Assembly: GCA_044220955.1 (NCBI GenBank)
Contig: JBGAQA010000098.1
Span: forward strand, 1-23,878
Length of the DNA: 23,878 nucleotides
Direction: 5' to 3'
From: Sandaracinaceae bacterium
GTDB taxonomy: Bacteria > Myxococcota_A > Polyangia > Polyangiales > Sandaracinaceae
In this document: piece by piece, positions 8,689 through 16,243 of the stretch
Layout: the number at the start of each line of letters is the position of its first letter
Numbering within the stretch: position 1 is the stretch's first letter
Notes under the pieces: generated by a model
The model's database searches: none
What the model saw: only the letters and a program-made list of their open reading frames with translations
What the model was told of the DNA's origin: nothing
Made by a program: the position numbers and the translations under genes

Positions 8689-9048
8689 TCACCTGAAGCG
8701 GCGCTCCTCGTCGAGCGTCGCCAGCGCCCCGTCGATCGCCACCTCCAGCCGCTCGAAGTAGGCGCGGGAGCGCCGCTGCGCGTCGCGCTCGTCGTCGAAG
8801 GAAGCGATGTGCTCGAGCTCGTCGAGCGCCTCGGGGGAGGCGTCGAGCATCGAGCCGACCGGCAGGCTGGTCTGGCCGCGGCCCCGCGCGAGATCGACGA
8901 GGCGCTCGCCGGGCAGCAGCTGATCGGGCAGCGCCGTCTCCGCCGTCCGCTCCGGCGGCGGCGGCGGGCCCTGGGGCGCGGCGCGGCGGGGCGGCGCGGC
9001 CTTCGGCGGCATGGGTGCGAGCTGGATGTGAGGGCGGCGTCGGGTCAT
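8689..9048 (-). CDS. Small hypothetical protein translationally coupled to the ECF sigma factor
   Basis: ATG 9048 overlaps the sigma stop (ATGA); 119 aa with Pro-rich N-terminus, helical acidic C-terminus and no TM segment. Confidence 0.65.
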   Translation of the reverse strand: MTRRRPHIQLAPMPPKAAPPRRAAPQGPPPPPERTAETALPDQLLPGERLVDLARGRGQTSLPVGSMLDASPEALDELEHIASFDDERDAQRRSRAYFERLEVAIDGALATLDEERRFR

Positions 9049-9689
9049 CGGTCGGTCTCTGGCAATAGGTCCGAGAGGACGGGGTCTTTCGCGATGCGCT
9101 CGCGGAGCGCGCCCTTGGCGAGGCGCAGCCGGCTGTAGACGGTGTTGAGCGGTGCGCCGGTCGCCTCGGCCACCTCCTCCATGGAGAGGCCCACGCAGAA
9201 CCGGAGCGCCAGGGCCTCGGCCTGAACGACCGGCAGCTCGTCGAGCAGCATCCGCACCATCGCGCGCCGCCGCTCGAGCACGAGCTGGCGGTAGGGCTGC
9301 TTCGTCGTCGTGTCCGCCAGGATCTGGATCAAGGAGTCGTCGGGGCGCGTCCACGCCCGAGCGCGTCTCCTCGCCGAGATGGCCGTGCGCGCGGCGATGC
9401 GCGAGGCGTAGTGGCCGAGGCTCGAGCGGCGCTCGAAGTGCGGTAGCGCCTTCACCAGCGCGACCAGGGACTCCTGCACCGCGTCGTCCACGTCGGCGCT
9501 CCGCGGTCCGTAGATCGCGCGCACGGTGTCGAACACGCGCGGCGCCAGCTCGCGCAGGACGCGCTCGGTGGCGCCGCGGTCGCCCTGTACGGCGAGCGTG
9601 ACGTCATCGGCCGGCGCGACGCCCCCGGGCTCGGCACCATGCGTGAGTCGCGCCTGCTCTCGCTCGGTCGATACGAGCCCCGAGTCCAT
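9045..9689 (-). CDS. ECF-type RNA polymerase sigma factor
   Basis: Region 2 (DVDDAVQESLV...LPHFERRSSLGHYASRIA) and region 4 (LDELP...GLSMEEVAEATGAPLNTVYSRLRLAK); GAGGAGG RBS before ATG 9689. Confidence 0.93.
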   Translation of the reverse strand: MDSGLVSTEREQARLTHGAEPGGVAPADDVTLAVQGDRGATERVLRELAPRVFDTVRAIYGPRSADVDDAVQESLVALVKALPHFERRSSLGHYASRIAARTAISARRRARAWTRPDDSLIQILADTTTKQPYRQLVLERRRAMVRMLLDELPVVQAEALALRFCVGLSMEEVAEATGAPLNTVYSRLRLAKGALRERIAKDPVLSDLLPETDR

Positions 9690-9732
9690 GGAACCTCCTC
9701 CGGCGCGGCGCCCCATCGCACCGCGAGTCTAC

Positions 9733-9760
9733 AGTGGGACGCAGGAGGCAGAACCAATCA
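9733..9760 (-). promoter_or_regulatory. Bipartite motif TGATTGGT-N15-CCACT, copy 1, upstream of the ECF sigma
   Basis: An identical motif with identical spacing recurs at 11041-11068. Confidence 0.55.
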
Positions 9761-9875
9761 ACGCGGGGCTCACTTTTTCTTCCGAATTGCATCGGCTCAC
9801 CTCTCCGGCCCCTTCCGTCCACGGGCTAGCGCCCGCTCCCGTCCGGGACCTCCGTGGTGAGCGCTCAGGCGAACG

Positions 9876-11015
9876 TCAGAAGGCCATCCAGCACTCGAGC
9901 GCGGTCTCGCCCGGGATGCAGAACGAGCCGAAGGGGCAGTACAGGGCCTCGCCCCCGCAGTCGAACGAGATCCCGTCCGCGCAGGTGCAGCCGCTCGCAC
10001 CCGTCGCGCCGTCGCAATCCTCTGGATTCAATCGGAAATCGCCGGGGCACTCGTCGATCGGGTAGCCGCATCCGTCCACGCTCACCGGCCGGCCGGTGGC
10101 GCCGCACCATCCGCATCCCGACAGGGGGGTCGCCTCCTCGCACGTGGTCGCGGCCATGCAGTCCGACGGTGGGGCGCCCGGATCGGTCCCCGGGTCGGTG
10201 CCGGGATCGGTGCCGGGATCGGTGCCGGGATCGGTCGGCGGGGCACCCGGGTCGCCCGGGTCGCCCGGCGGGGCGCCCGGATCGGCGGGGGGGCTGCCCG
10301 GGTCCGTCGGCGGTGCGCCCTCGGTCGCCAGGGTCTCGCCCCAGCGCGCGGCCTGCTCGGAGAGCCGCGATGCGTTGCGGACGACGTCGCCGAAGATGTC
10401 GGTGCCGTCGCCGACGATGTACGCGCTGTTGACGAACAGGACGTGGCCGTCGGGAGAGAAGGTGGGGCCGCCGGAGTCGCCTGGACACAGGTTGTACGTG
10501 TCCTCTCCCATCGTGTGCTCGAGCCGCTGCTTGCGGAACGGACCGCTCCCCGAGTCGCGCTCCTGACAGCCGTAGCCGTACGTCGAGAGGGTCTGCCCAC
10601 GCGCCGGCATCGAGGTACCGATCGGGGCGGGCGTCGCGACGCTCGCGGGTACCGCGACCGCGAGGTGCAAGAGCGCGACGTCGTCGTCGCCCGGGTCGTA
10701 GCCGAGCACGGCGACGCGATCGACGGTGTAGGAGAACTGCCTCCGTCCGTCGTCGACGACGAAGGTGTTGTAGCGGCCGGGGCCGTCCTCGGCGGTGAAG
10801 TCCACGCAGTGCGCGGCCGTCACGACGAGCCGCTCGCCGACGAGCGTCGCGGTGCATCCGTCGATGTTGCCGACCTCGGGCCGCTCGAACGTGTAGGTGC
10901 CGTCGATGAGCGGCTCGCTCGAGCCGCCGTTGCTCCTGGGCGAGAGCCCCGCGCTGCAGCCCGCAAGCACCATCGAGCACGCCACGACTCTCTCCAGGCT
11001 CCGTCGATTCCGCAT
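9876..11015 (-). CDS. S1A (chymotrypsin-fold) serine protease lipoprotein A with Pro/Gly/Asp linker and Cys-rich C-terminus
   Basis: Lipobox VLAGC; catalytic triad motifs TAAHC, DDVALL and GDSGGP; GAGGAGG RBS before ATG 11015. Confidence 0.9.
   Translation of the reverse strand: MRNRRSLERVVACSMVLAGCSAGLSPRSNGGSSEPLIDGTYTFERPEVGNIDGCTATLVGERLVVTAAHCVDFTAEDGPGRYNTFVVDDGRRQFSYTVDRVAVLGYDPGDDDVALLHLAVAVPASVATPAPIGTSMPARGQTLSTYGYGCQERDSGSGPFRKQRLEHTMGEDTYNLCPGDSGGPTFSPDGHVLFVNSAYIVGDGTDIFGDVVRNASRLSEQAARWGETLATEGAPPTDPGSPPADPGAPPGDPGDPGAPPTDPGTDPGTDPGTDPGTDPGAPPSDCMAATTCEEATPLSGCGWCGATGRPVSVDGCGYPIDECPGDFRLNPEDCDGATGASGCTCADGISFDCGGEALYCPFGSFCIPGETALECWMAF
10180..10235 (-). repeat. 12-bp tandem repeat encoding (PGTD)n in the protease linker
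   Basis: GGATCGGTGCCG units on the + strand; translation TDPGTDPGTDPGTDPGTDP. Confidence 0.9.
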
Positions 11016-11040
11016 CACGACCTCCTCGTCTCGCGGACCT

Positions 11041-11068
11041 AGTGGCGCAGTGCGCGACGGACCAATCA
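11041..11068 (-). promoter_or_regulatory. Bipartite motif TGATTGGT-N15-CCACT, copy 2, upstream of protease A
   Basis: AGTGG at 11041-11045 and ACCAATCA at 11061-11068 on the + strand. Confidence 0.55.
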
Positions 11069-11174
11069 CGCTCGCCCGAAGAAAAGATCGAGTGATTGAT
11101 CCGCGCGGCTCGCGACTACCAGAGCAGTGCGCGCGCAATCTCGCGCGGCGCAGCTCCAACGTCCGAGGGTCTTC

Positions 11175-12326
11175 ATGCGAACGCGTCCGCTCGTCCTCGC
11201 GCTCCTCTTCCTCGTCCCCGCGTGCAACACGGAGCTCCCCGCGCGGAGCCGCCCGCCGAGCGACCTCGCAGCGGAGCCTCTGGTCGGCGGCACGTACACC
11301 TTCGAGCGGCCGGAGGTCGGCTCGATGCAGATGGGCGGCGGCGCGTGCACCGCCACGCTCGTGGGCCCGCGCCTCGTCATCACCGCGTCGCACTGCGTCG
11401 ACTACACGTCGCGCGAGACCGTCGGTAACTACGGCACGTTCGAGGTGCGGCGCGCGCGCGGCGAGAGCCGCACGTACCGCATCCAGCGCATCGCCGCGTA
11501 CATGGGGCCCTCCGAGGTGATCGGACAGACGGACGTCGCGCTCATGCAGCTGTCGAGCGCCGTCCCCGCCGACGTGGCCACGCCCGCCGGCCTCGTGACG
11601 AGCGAGCCCGCGCGCGGGACGCCCGTCACGATCTACGGCTACGGCTGCCAGTACCGCGGCGGCGGCGGCTCGTTCTCGAAGCAGTCGTTCCGCACGAGCT
11701 GGGGCACGACGACGGCGGTGCTCTGCCCCGGAGACTCCGGCGGGCCGACGATGACGAACGAGGGCCTCGTGATCTCGACGAACAGCGGCTACTACGGCGG
11801 CGACCGCGGGCCGGACGAGTTCGGCCGCGTCTACCGCGTGCGCTCGCAGATCGACGCGACGGTGCGCCGCTGGGGCGAGACGCTCGGCGACGGGAGCACG
11901 CCGCCGCCGCCGGTCGACGCGGGCCCGCCGCCGCCGGTCGACGCGAGCTGGATGCCGTCCGACGCGGGCATGTCGCCGCCGCCGCCCTCGGATCCGGCCA
12001 ACCCGTGCCTGCAGGCGAGCTGCGAGGCCGCGACGGCGCTGCCCGGCTGCGGCTGGTGCGACGCGACGGGGCGCGGAGTCCGGATCGGCGCGATGGGCGA
12101 GTCCCTCGAGGCGTGCGCGAGCGGCTACCGCGTGGACCCGAGCGACTGTGGCGCGGCGGCGCGCAGCACGTGCGGGCCGTGGAGCGGCATCACCGAGTAC
12201 ACGTGCCGCCGTGGCCGCACGCAGTTCGTCCGCTGCGTCGAGGGCCGCTCGCCGGAGTTCCTCACGTGCCCGAGCGGCTACGCGTGCAGCCCGGGGAGCA
12301 CCGAGCGGATGTGCTACCGCTGGTAG
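11175..12326 (+). CDS. S1A serine protease lipoprotein B, paralog of A, with Pro-rich linker and Cys-rich C-terminus
   Basis: Lipobox LVPAC; TASHC, TDVALM and GDSGGP; shares GTYTFERPEVG, YGYGCQ, RWGETL and GCGWC with protease A. Confidence 0.9.
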   Translation: MRTRPLVLALLFLVPACNTELPARSRPPSDLAAEPLVGGTYTFERPEVGSMQMGGGACTATLVGPRLVITASHCVDYTSRETVGNYGTFEVRRARGESRTYRIQRIAAYMGPSEVIGQTDVALMQLSSAVPADVATPAGLVTSEPARGTPVTIYGYGCQYRGGGGSFSKQSFRTSWGTTTAVLCPGDSGGPTMTNEGLVISTNSGYYGGDRGPDEFGRVYRVRSQIDATVRRWGETLGDGSTPPPPVDAGPPPPVDASWMPSDAGMSPPPPSDPANPCLQASCEAATALPGCGWCDATGRGVRIGAMGESLEACASGYRVDPSDCGAAARSTCGPWSGITEYTCRRGRTQFVRCVEGRSPEFLTCPSGYACSPGSTERMCYRW

Positions 12327-12332
12327 CTGCCG

Positions 12333-12430
12333 CCCTCACCCTGACCCTCTCCCACTTCGTGGGCGAGGGAACATCGAGACGCGCGTCGGATCTCCCTCTC
12401 CCCGGAACGGGGAGAGGTCGGGGTGAGGGG
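12333..12430. repeat. Inverted pair of REP-like palindromes (CCCTCACCC..ACCCTCTCCC-loop-GGGAGAGGG) between convergent genes
   Basis: Unit 1 at 12333-12369 and reversed unit 2 at 12394-12430; each has an internal hairpin and the two can pair with each other. Confidence 0.8.
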
Positions 12431-12439
12431 CCGCGCGCA

Positions 12440-12991
12440 TCACCCCCAGCCGCGCAGCTTGTTCTCCTGCTCCTGATAGAGGCGCAGCGCCGCGCGGATC
12501 ACCGCGTTCGCCTCGGCCGCGCCGACCATGTCGTCCACGATCACGCTCTTGTTCTCGAGGATCTTGTAGTCCTCGAAGAAGCGCCGGATCTCCCGCCAGG
12601 TGTGCTTCGGGATCTCGTTCAGATCCTTGTACTGCTCGAACGCGGGGTCGTGGACGTGCACGGCGATGATCTTGTCGTCGCCTTTCCCCTCGTCGGCCAT
12701 GCGCATCACGCCGATGGCGCGCGCGCGCATGATCGAGAGCGGGTGCACGGCCTCGTTTCCGAGCACGAGCACGTCGAGCGGGTCGCCGTCGTCGCAGTAG
12801 CTGCGCGGCAGGAACCCGTAGTTCGCCGGGTAGTGCACGGAGCTGTAGAGCACGCGGTCGACGCGCAGCATGCCCGAGGGCTTGTCGAGCTCGTACTTGA
12901 CCTTGCTGCCCTTGGGGATCTCGATGACGACGTTCACCCCGGTCTCGATGCCGTGTTCGGGGTTCGGGAGGTCGTGCCAGGCGTGGACCAT
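12440..12991 (-). CDS. ppa: Soluble inorganic pyrophosphatase, family I
   Basis: [39 protein letters not shown] and DDKIIAV. Confidence 0.97.
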   Translation of the reverse strand: MVHAWHDLPNPEHGIETGVNVVIEIPKGSKVKYELDKPSGMLRVDRVLYSSVHYPANYGFLPRSYCDDGDPLDVLVLGNEAVHPLSIMRARAIGVMRMADEGKGDDKIIAVHVHDPAFEQYKDLNEIPKHTWREIRRFFEDYKILENKSVIVDDMVGAAEANAVIRAALRLYQEQENKLRGWG

Positions 12992-13044
12992 GCGGGCGAG
13001 TATGCCCGAGCGAAGGCGATAGCGAGCGGTCGTGAGCGATGGCC

Positions 13045-14241
13045 TCAGCGAGAACGTCGTCGTGAGGACGTTGCGCCGGACGCTCGCCGGGTACGGGCGC
13101 GGCGGAGCAGGATGAGGAGTCCGAGAGAGCCGAGCGCCGCGAGAGGCGCCGGGCGGCGCCCCCCGCCGATCGAACAGCCGCGGCCCGGAGCCGTCCCCGC
13201 GTCGCCGAGCGCACCGGCGTCGTCGAGCGGCGGCGGCATGCTCGCCGCGAAGCAGTGGCAGGCGTCGGCCCCGCCCGGCCACACCCGCGCGCACGCGCCA
13301 CCCGGCTCGCCGCACTCCGCGTCGCGGGTGCACGACCCGCCGAAGCTGCCGGGGCCGAGCCTCGGCAGGACGCAGCGCGCGCGGCCAGCCAGATCCTGGG
13401 CGCACGAGAGCAGCGCCGGACAGTCCGCGTCGGTCGTGCACGCGTACGTCGGCAGCGACGCGATCGACGGCGCGCTCGCGGGCCACGCGGGCGGCAGTCC
13501 ACCGATGGCGTCGAGCGCCGGCTGGACGAACGAGCCCATCACCGCGTCGAGCCGCACGTTGAACGCCGAGGCAGCGCATGCCGCGTCCCCGCGCGACGTG
13601 ATGCCGACGAGGACCTCGCCCCCGCCGATCGTCGCGAGCACGGGCCCACCGCTGTCACCCCGGCACGTCATCGCAGGGCCGGGCACGGTGTCGAAGGAGG
13701 TCCCGCGGACCGAGCCGAGCGTCATCGTCCCATCGCGCTGAGTGCCGAGGTCGGCGCCGCGCGGTCCCGTCTCGCCGAAGCCGATGGCGCGCACGCTCCC
13801 CCCCGGCGCGACGTCCTCGATGGTGCCCGCGCCGAGCGCTCGCGGCGCGACGGGGGCATCCTCGGCGAGCACCACGACGGCGGCGTCGTGCTCGTTCGTC
13901 GCTCGGTCGTACATCGGGTCGGTGGTGTAGCTCCGCACCACCACGAACGCGCCGCTGCTGCCGACGACGCTGCCGAAGAACACCTCGAGATCGGCCGTGG
14001 GTGCGCTGTCGAAGCAGTGCGCCGCGGTCAGCACCGCGCGCGGCGCGATCAGCGTTCCGCTGCACAGCGTGGTGGTGTCGTCGCTCTCGCAGCGTGTGCG
14101 GCGGGCGACGATGGCCACGACGGCCGGGTCGCTCGAGGGCGTGCCCGACACCACCGCCTCCGTGTGCCGCGCGACGTCGAGCTCGGGGTTGCAGCCCGCG
14201 AGCACGACCGTGCACGCGAGCATCAGAGCATCACGCGCCAT
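13045..14241 (-). CDS. S1A serine protease C with lipobox, Cys-rich domain and MYXO-CTERM-like sorting tail
   Basis: VLAGC; CSGTLI, TAAHC, HDAAVV and GDSGGP; tail GCSIGG...[20 protein letters not shown]. Alternative start ATG 14223. Confidence 0.9.
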   Translation of the reverse strand: MARDALMLACTVVLAGCNPELDVARHTEAVVSGTPSSDPAVVAIVARRTRCESDDTTTLCSGTLIAPRAVLTAAHCFDSAPTADLEVFFGSVVGSSGAFVVVRSYTTDPMYDRATNEHDAAVVVLAEDAPVAPRALGAGTIEDVAPGGSVRAIGFGETGPRGADLGTQRDGTMTLGSVRGTSFDTVPGPAMTCRGDSGGPVLATIGGGEVLVGITSRGDAACAASAFNVRLDAVMGSFVQPALDAIGGLPPAWPASAPSIASLPTYACTTDADCPALLSCAQDLAGRARCVLPRLGPGSFGGSCTRDAECGEPGGACARVWPGGADACHCFAASMPPPLDDAGALGDAGTAPGRGCSIGGGRRPAPLAALGSLGLLILLRRARTRRASGATSSRRRSR

Positions 14242-14600
14242 CGATCCCCGTCGCGCAGGGTGCGCACCATCAGCTGCCGCTCGCGGCCACCTTGCTGCAT
14301 GAGCCGGGTTCGCACGATGAAGGCGCTCGGATCGCGCCCGTCCTGCTCCACGGAGAGGATCTCGAAGCGGTCGAGGCCGTGCTCGCGCCACTCCCCGATC
14401 TCCTCCGCGCACGCCGCCTCGGAGTCGATGCGCGGCATCAGCGTCCGTAGCGCGGCGCAGTCGTTCGCCTGCACGGCCGTGAAGACGTCGACGACGGCCG
14501 CCCGCGCCGCGGCCAGATCGGTCTCACTCGCGCGCGCGCTCGGGCCCTCCGTGCACGCCCCGAGCAGCACGACCAGGGCGAACGTCGGCCCACGCATCAC
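14223..14600 (-). CDS. Small lipoprotein, possibly NTF2-like fold
   Basis: Lipobox LLGAC; helix then beta-strand pattern ending DGDRWRV; overlaps both neighbours. Confidence 0.75.
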   Translation of the reverse strand: MMRGPTFALVVLLGACTEGPSARASETDLAAARAAVVDVFTAVQANDCAALRTLMPRIDSEAACAEEIGEWREHGLDRFEILSVEQDGRDPSAFIVRTRLMQQGGRERQLMVRTLRDGDRWRVML

Positions 14601-15199
14601 TCGAGGCCCCCGCTGCCCTCGAGGTCGGTCGAGGGTAGGGCGCCGCCCGCGCGCAGCGTCTCGAGCTCTTCGGCCCGGCGTGCACGCAGGGCCACCGACC
14701 GCTCGGCGCGGACCCGGGCGCGCGCTGCCGCCTCGGAGTCGCCGTCGCGCTCGAACGCTTCAGCCTCCGATCGCAGTCGCTCGATCGTGTTGTCGATCAG
14801 GACCAGACCCGCCTCTCGCTGCTCGATGATCGTCTCGCGGGGCGTGGGCACGCGCTCGGGCTCGCGGCTGACGGGCTGCCCCGGGGTCGCGGGCGCCGGA
14901 GGTGGCAGATCGAGGCCGTCGCTGGGGTCGTCCCAGCCCGTGCCCGGCGGTGGGGGCGACGGGCCGAGCGGCGGTGCACTGGCGGGGGGCGCGTGGTCTC
15001 TTTGGCGCGGCGGCGGTGGCGTTGGCGTCGGCTCGCGCGTCGGTGGCCGCTCGACCGCCGTCGGGCCATGCACCGGTTCTGCCCCGCCTGGATCGACTGG
15101 ATCCGTCCCACCACGCCCCCGCCACACGAAGAGCGCGAGCGCGGCGACCGCGACGGACGCGGCGACGCCCCAGCCGCGTGCGACCGGGGCGCCGTTCAC
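14597..15199 (-). CDS. Hypothetical protein: N-terminal TM anchor, Pro-rich linker, helical C-terminus
   Basis: VAASVAVAALALFVW anchor, PTPTPPPP linker and charged helical C-terminus; its stop overlaps the next start. Confidence 0.7.
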   Translation of the reverse strand: MNGAPVARGWGVAASVAVAALALFVWRGRGGTDPVDPGGAEPVHGPTAVERPPTREPTPTPPPPRQRDHAPPASAPPLGPSPPPPGTGWDDPSDGLDLPPPAPATPGQPVSREPERVPTPRETIIEQREAGLVLIDNTIERLRSEAEAFERDGDSEAAARARVRAERSVALRARRAEELETLRAGGALPSTDLEGSGGLE

Positions 15200-15214
15200 G
15201 TCGGGCTCCAGCGA

Positions 15215-16117
15215 TCAGAGACAGTCCGGTGCAGCAGCCCAGTCATCGGTCGTCGAAGTGAACTGATCGTCGCACGATGCCGCCGCCGTGTCGTGTCCAA
15301 CGCGAACACACTCGTCGTGGTACAGGCAGTCCCAGGTGAACTGCGTGTCGGAGCCGCAGCCCGACCCGCAGCGACCCATGCAGTTGCCGTACGCCTGCTC
15401 GACCGTCGCGACGTGCGAGGGCTCGTAGCACTGCCACTGACCGCTGCTGTTCAGGAAGTACGTGCCGTCGTTGCAGGGGCCAGCGCCATGCATGCTCACG
15501 TACGCGTAGTCGAGCGTGGTCGAGTCGGTCCACCAGGAGTTGACGCTGTTGCTGCAGAAGGGATTGTACCAGGGGCAGTTCCACGTGCAGTCGTGCGAGG
15601 CTGCCTGATACGTGTTCAGCGCCCAGCAGATCGACGTGTAGCCGCGGTCGACGTCCATGAGCGAGATGCCCTGCAGCTCGACCGTCGTCGGGTACTCGGC
15701 CCACGTGCTCGAGAACGAGCGCAGCCGCTGGACCGCCTCGGACACGTGGCTGCCGCGTCCGTCGAGCGCGTGTGCGAACGCGAGGACGAGGGCACGGTCG
15801 TCCTCGAGCATCTGGGTGCTGGCGCCGTTGTCCGACGCGAACCCGTCGTGCTCGATCACGCCGCTGTCGAAGTCCACGACCGCCGTGATGCTCATCCCGT
15901 GGAAGCGCAGCTCGATGTCGAGCACGTTCGTGTCCACGAAGCGGCTGTTGAAGTCGACGCGCCCGAGGTCGGCCTGGGAGTGATCGATGAAATAGCCGCT
16001 GGCCGTACCCTGACCTTCCTGGATGCTCAGCTCACCCGTCGCGGAGGACGAGCTGCTGCCCTGTCCTGCACAGCCAGCCGCCACGATGCTCAGAAGGACC
16101 AGTGCGCGCTTCGTCAT
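15215..16117 (-). CDS. Secreted lipoprotein with Cys-rich C-terminal domain bearing a phospholipase A2-like CxxHDxC motif
   Basis: MTKRALVLLSIVAAGC lipobox; YGNCMGRCGSGC...DCLYHDEC...CDDQF. The CDS is solid but the function is inferred. Confidence 0.8.
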   Translation of the reverse strand: MTKRALVLLSIVAAGCAGQGSSSSSATGELSIQEGQGTASGYFIDHSQADLGRVDFNSRFVDTNVLDIELRFHGMSITAVVDFDSGVIEHDGFASDNGASTQMLEDDRALVLAFAHALDGRGSHVSEAVQRLRSFSSTWAEYPTTVELQGISLMDVDRGYTSICWALNTYQAASHDCTWNCPWYNPFCSNSVNSWWTDSTTLDYAYVSMHGAGPCNDGTYFLNSSGQWQCYEPSHVATVEQAYGNCMGRCGSGCGSDTQFTWDCLYHDECVRVGHDTAAASCDDQFTSTTDDWAAAPDCL

Positions 16118-16130
16118 GGGCGACACGCTG

Positions 16131-16147
16131 TGCAACCACAGGGCCAG
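16131..16147 (-). promoter_or_regulatory. Sigma54-type -24/-12 promoter CTGGCCCTGTGGTTGCA
   Basis: GG-N10-GC spacing with TGGC and TTGCA matches YTGGCACG-N4-TTGCW; lies just upstream of ATG 16117. Confidence 0.6.
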
Positions 16148-16197
16148 CGTTCAACTCGTCGTTTTCATGTCGTTCCAGCATTTGTGGCGGTAGATTC

Positions 16198-16235
16198 TTG
16201 AACACACCCTGTGTCCTGTTGTTGAGCGTGTTCAA
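16198..16235. promoter_or_regulatory. Inverted repeat TTGAACAC-N22-GTGTTCAA, candidate enhancer (UAS)
   Basis: Perfect 8-bp arms in an AT-rich intergenic region, about 80-115 bp upstream of the predicted sigma54 start site. Confidence 0.5.
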
Positions 16236-16243
16236 AACTTGAG

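Noticed and set aside
10180..10320. Regular repeats that might suggest a CRISPR array
   Set aside because: They are in-frame coding 12-bp repeats without unique spacers, and there are no cas genes.
9876..14241. Proteases as part of an anti-phage or conflict system (trypsin-effector type)
   Set aside because: All have export signals and disulfide-rich domains, and no NTPase or nuclease partner genes are nearby.
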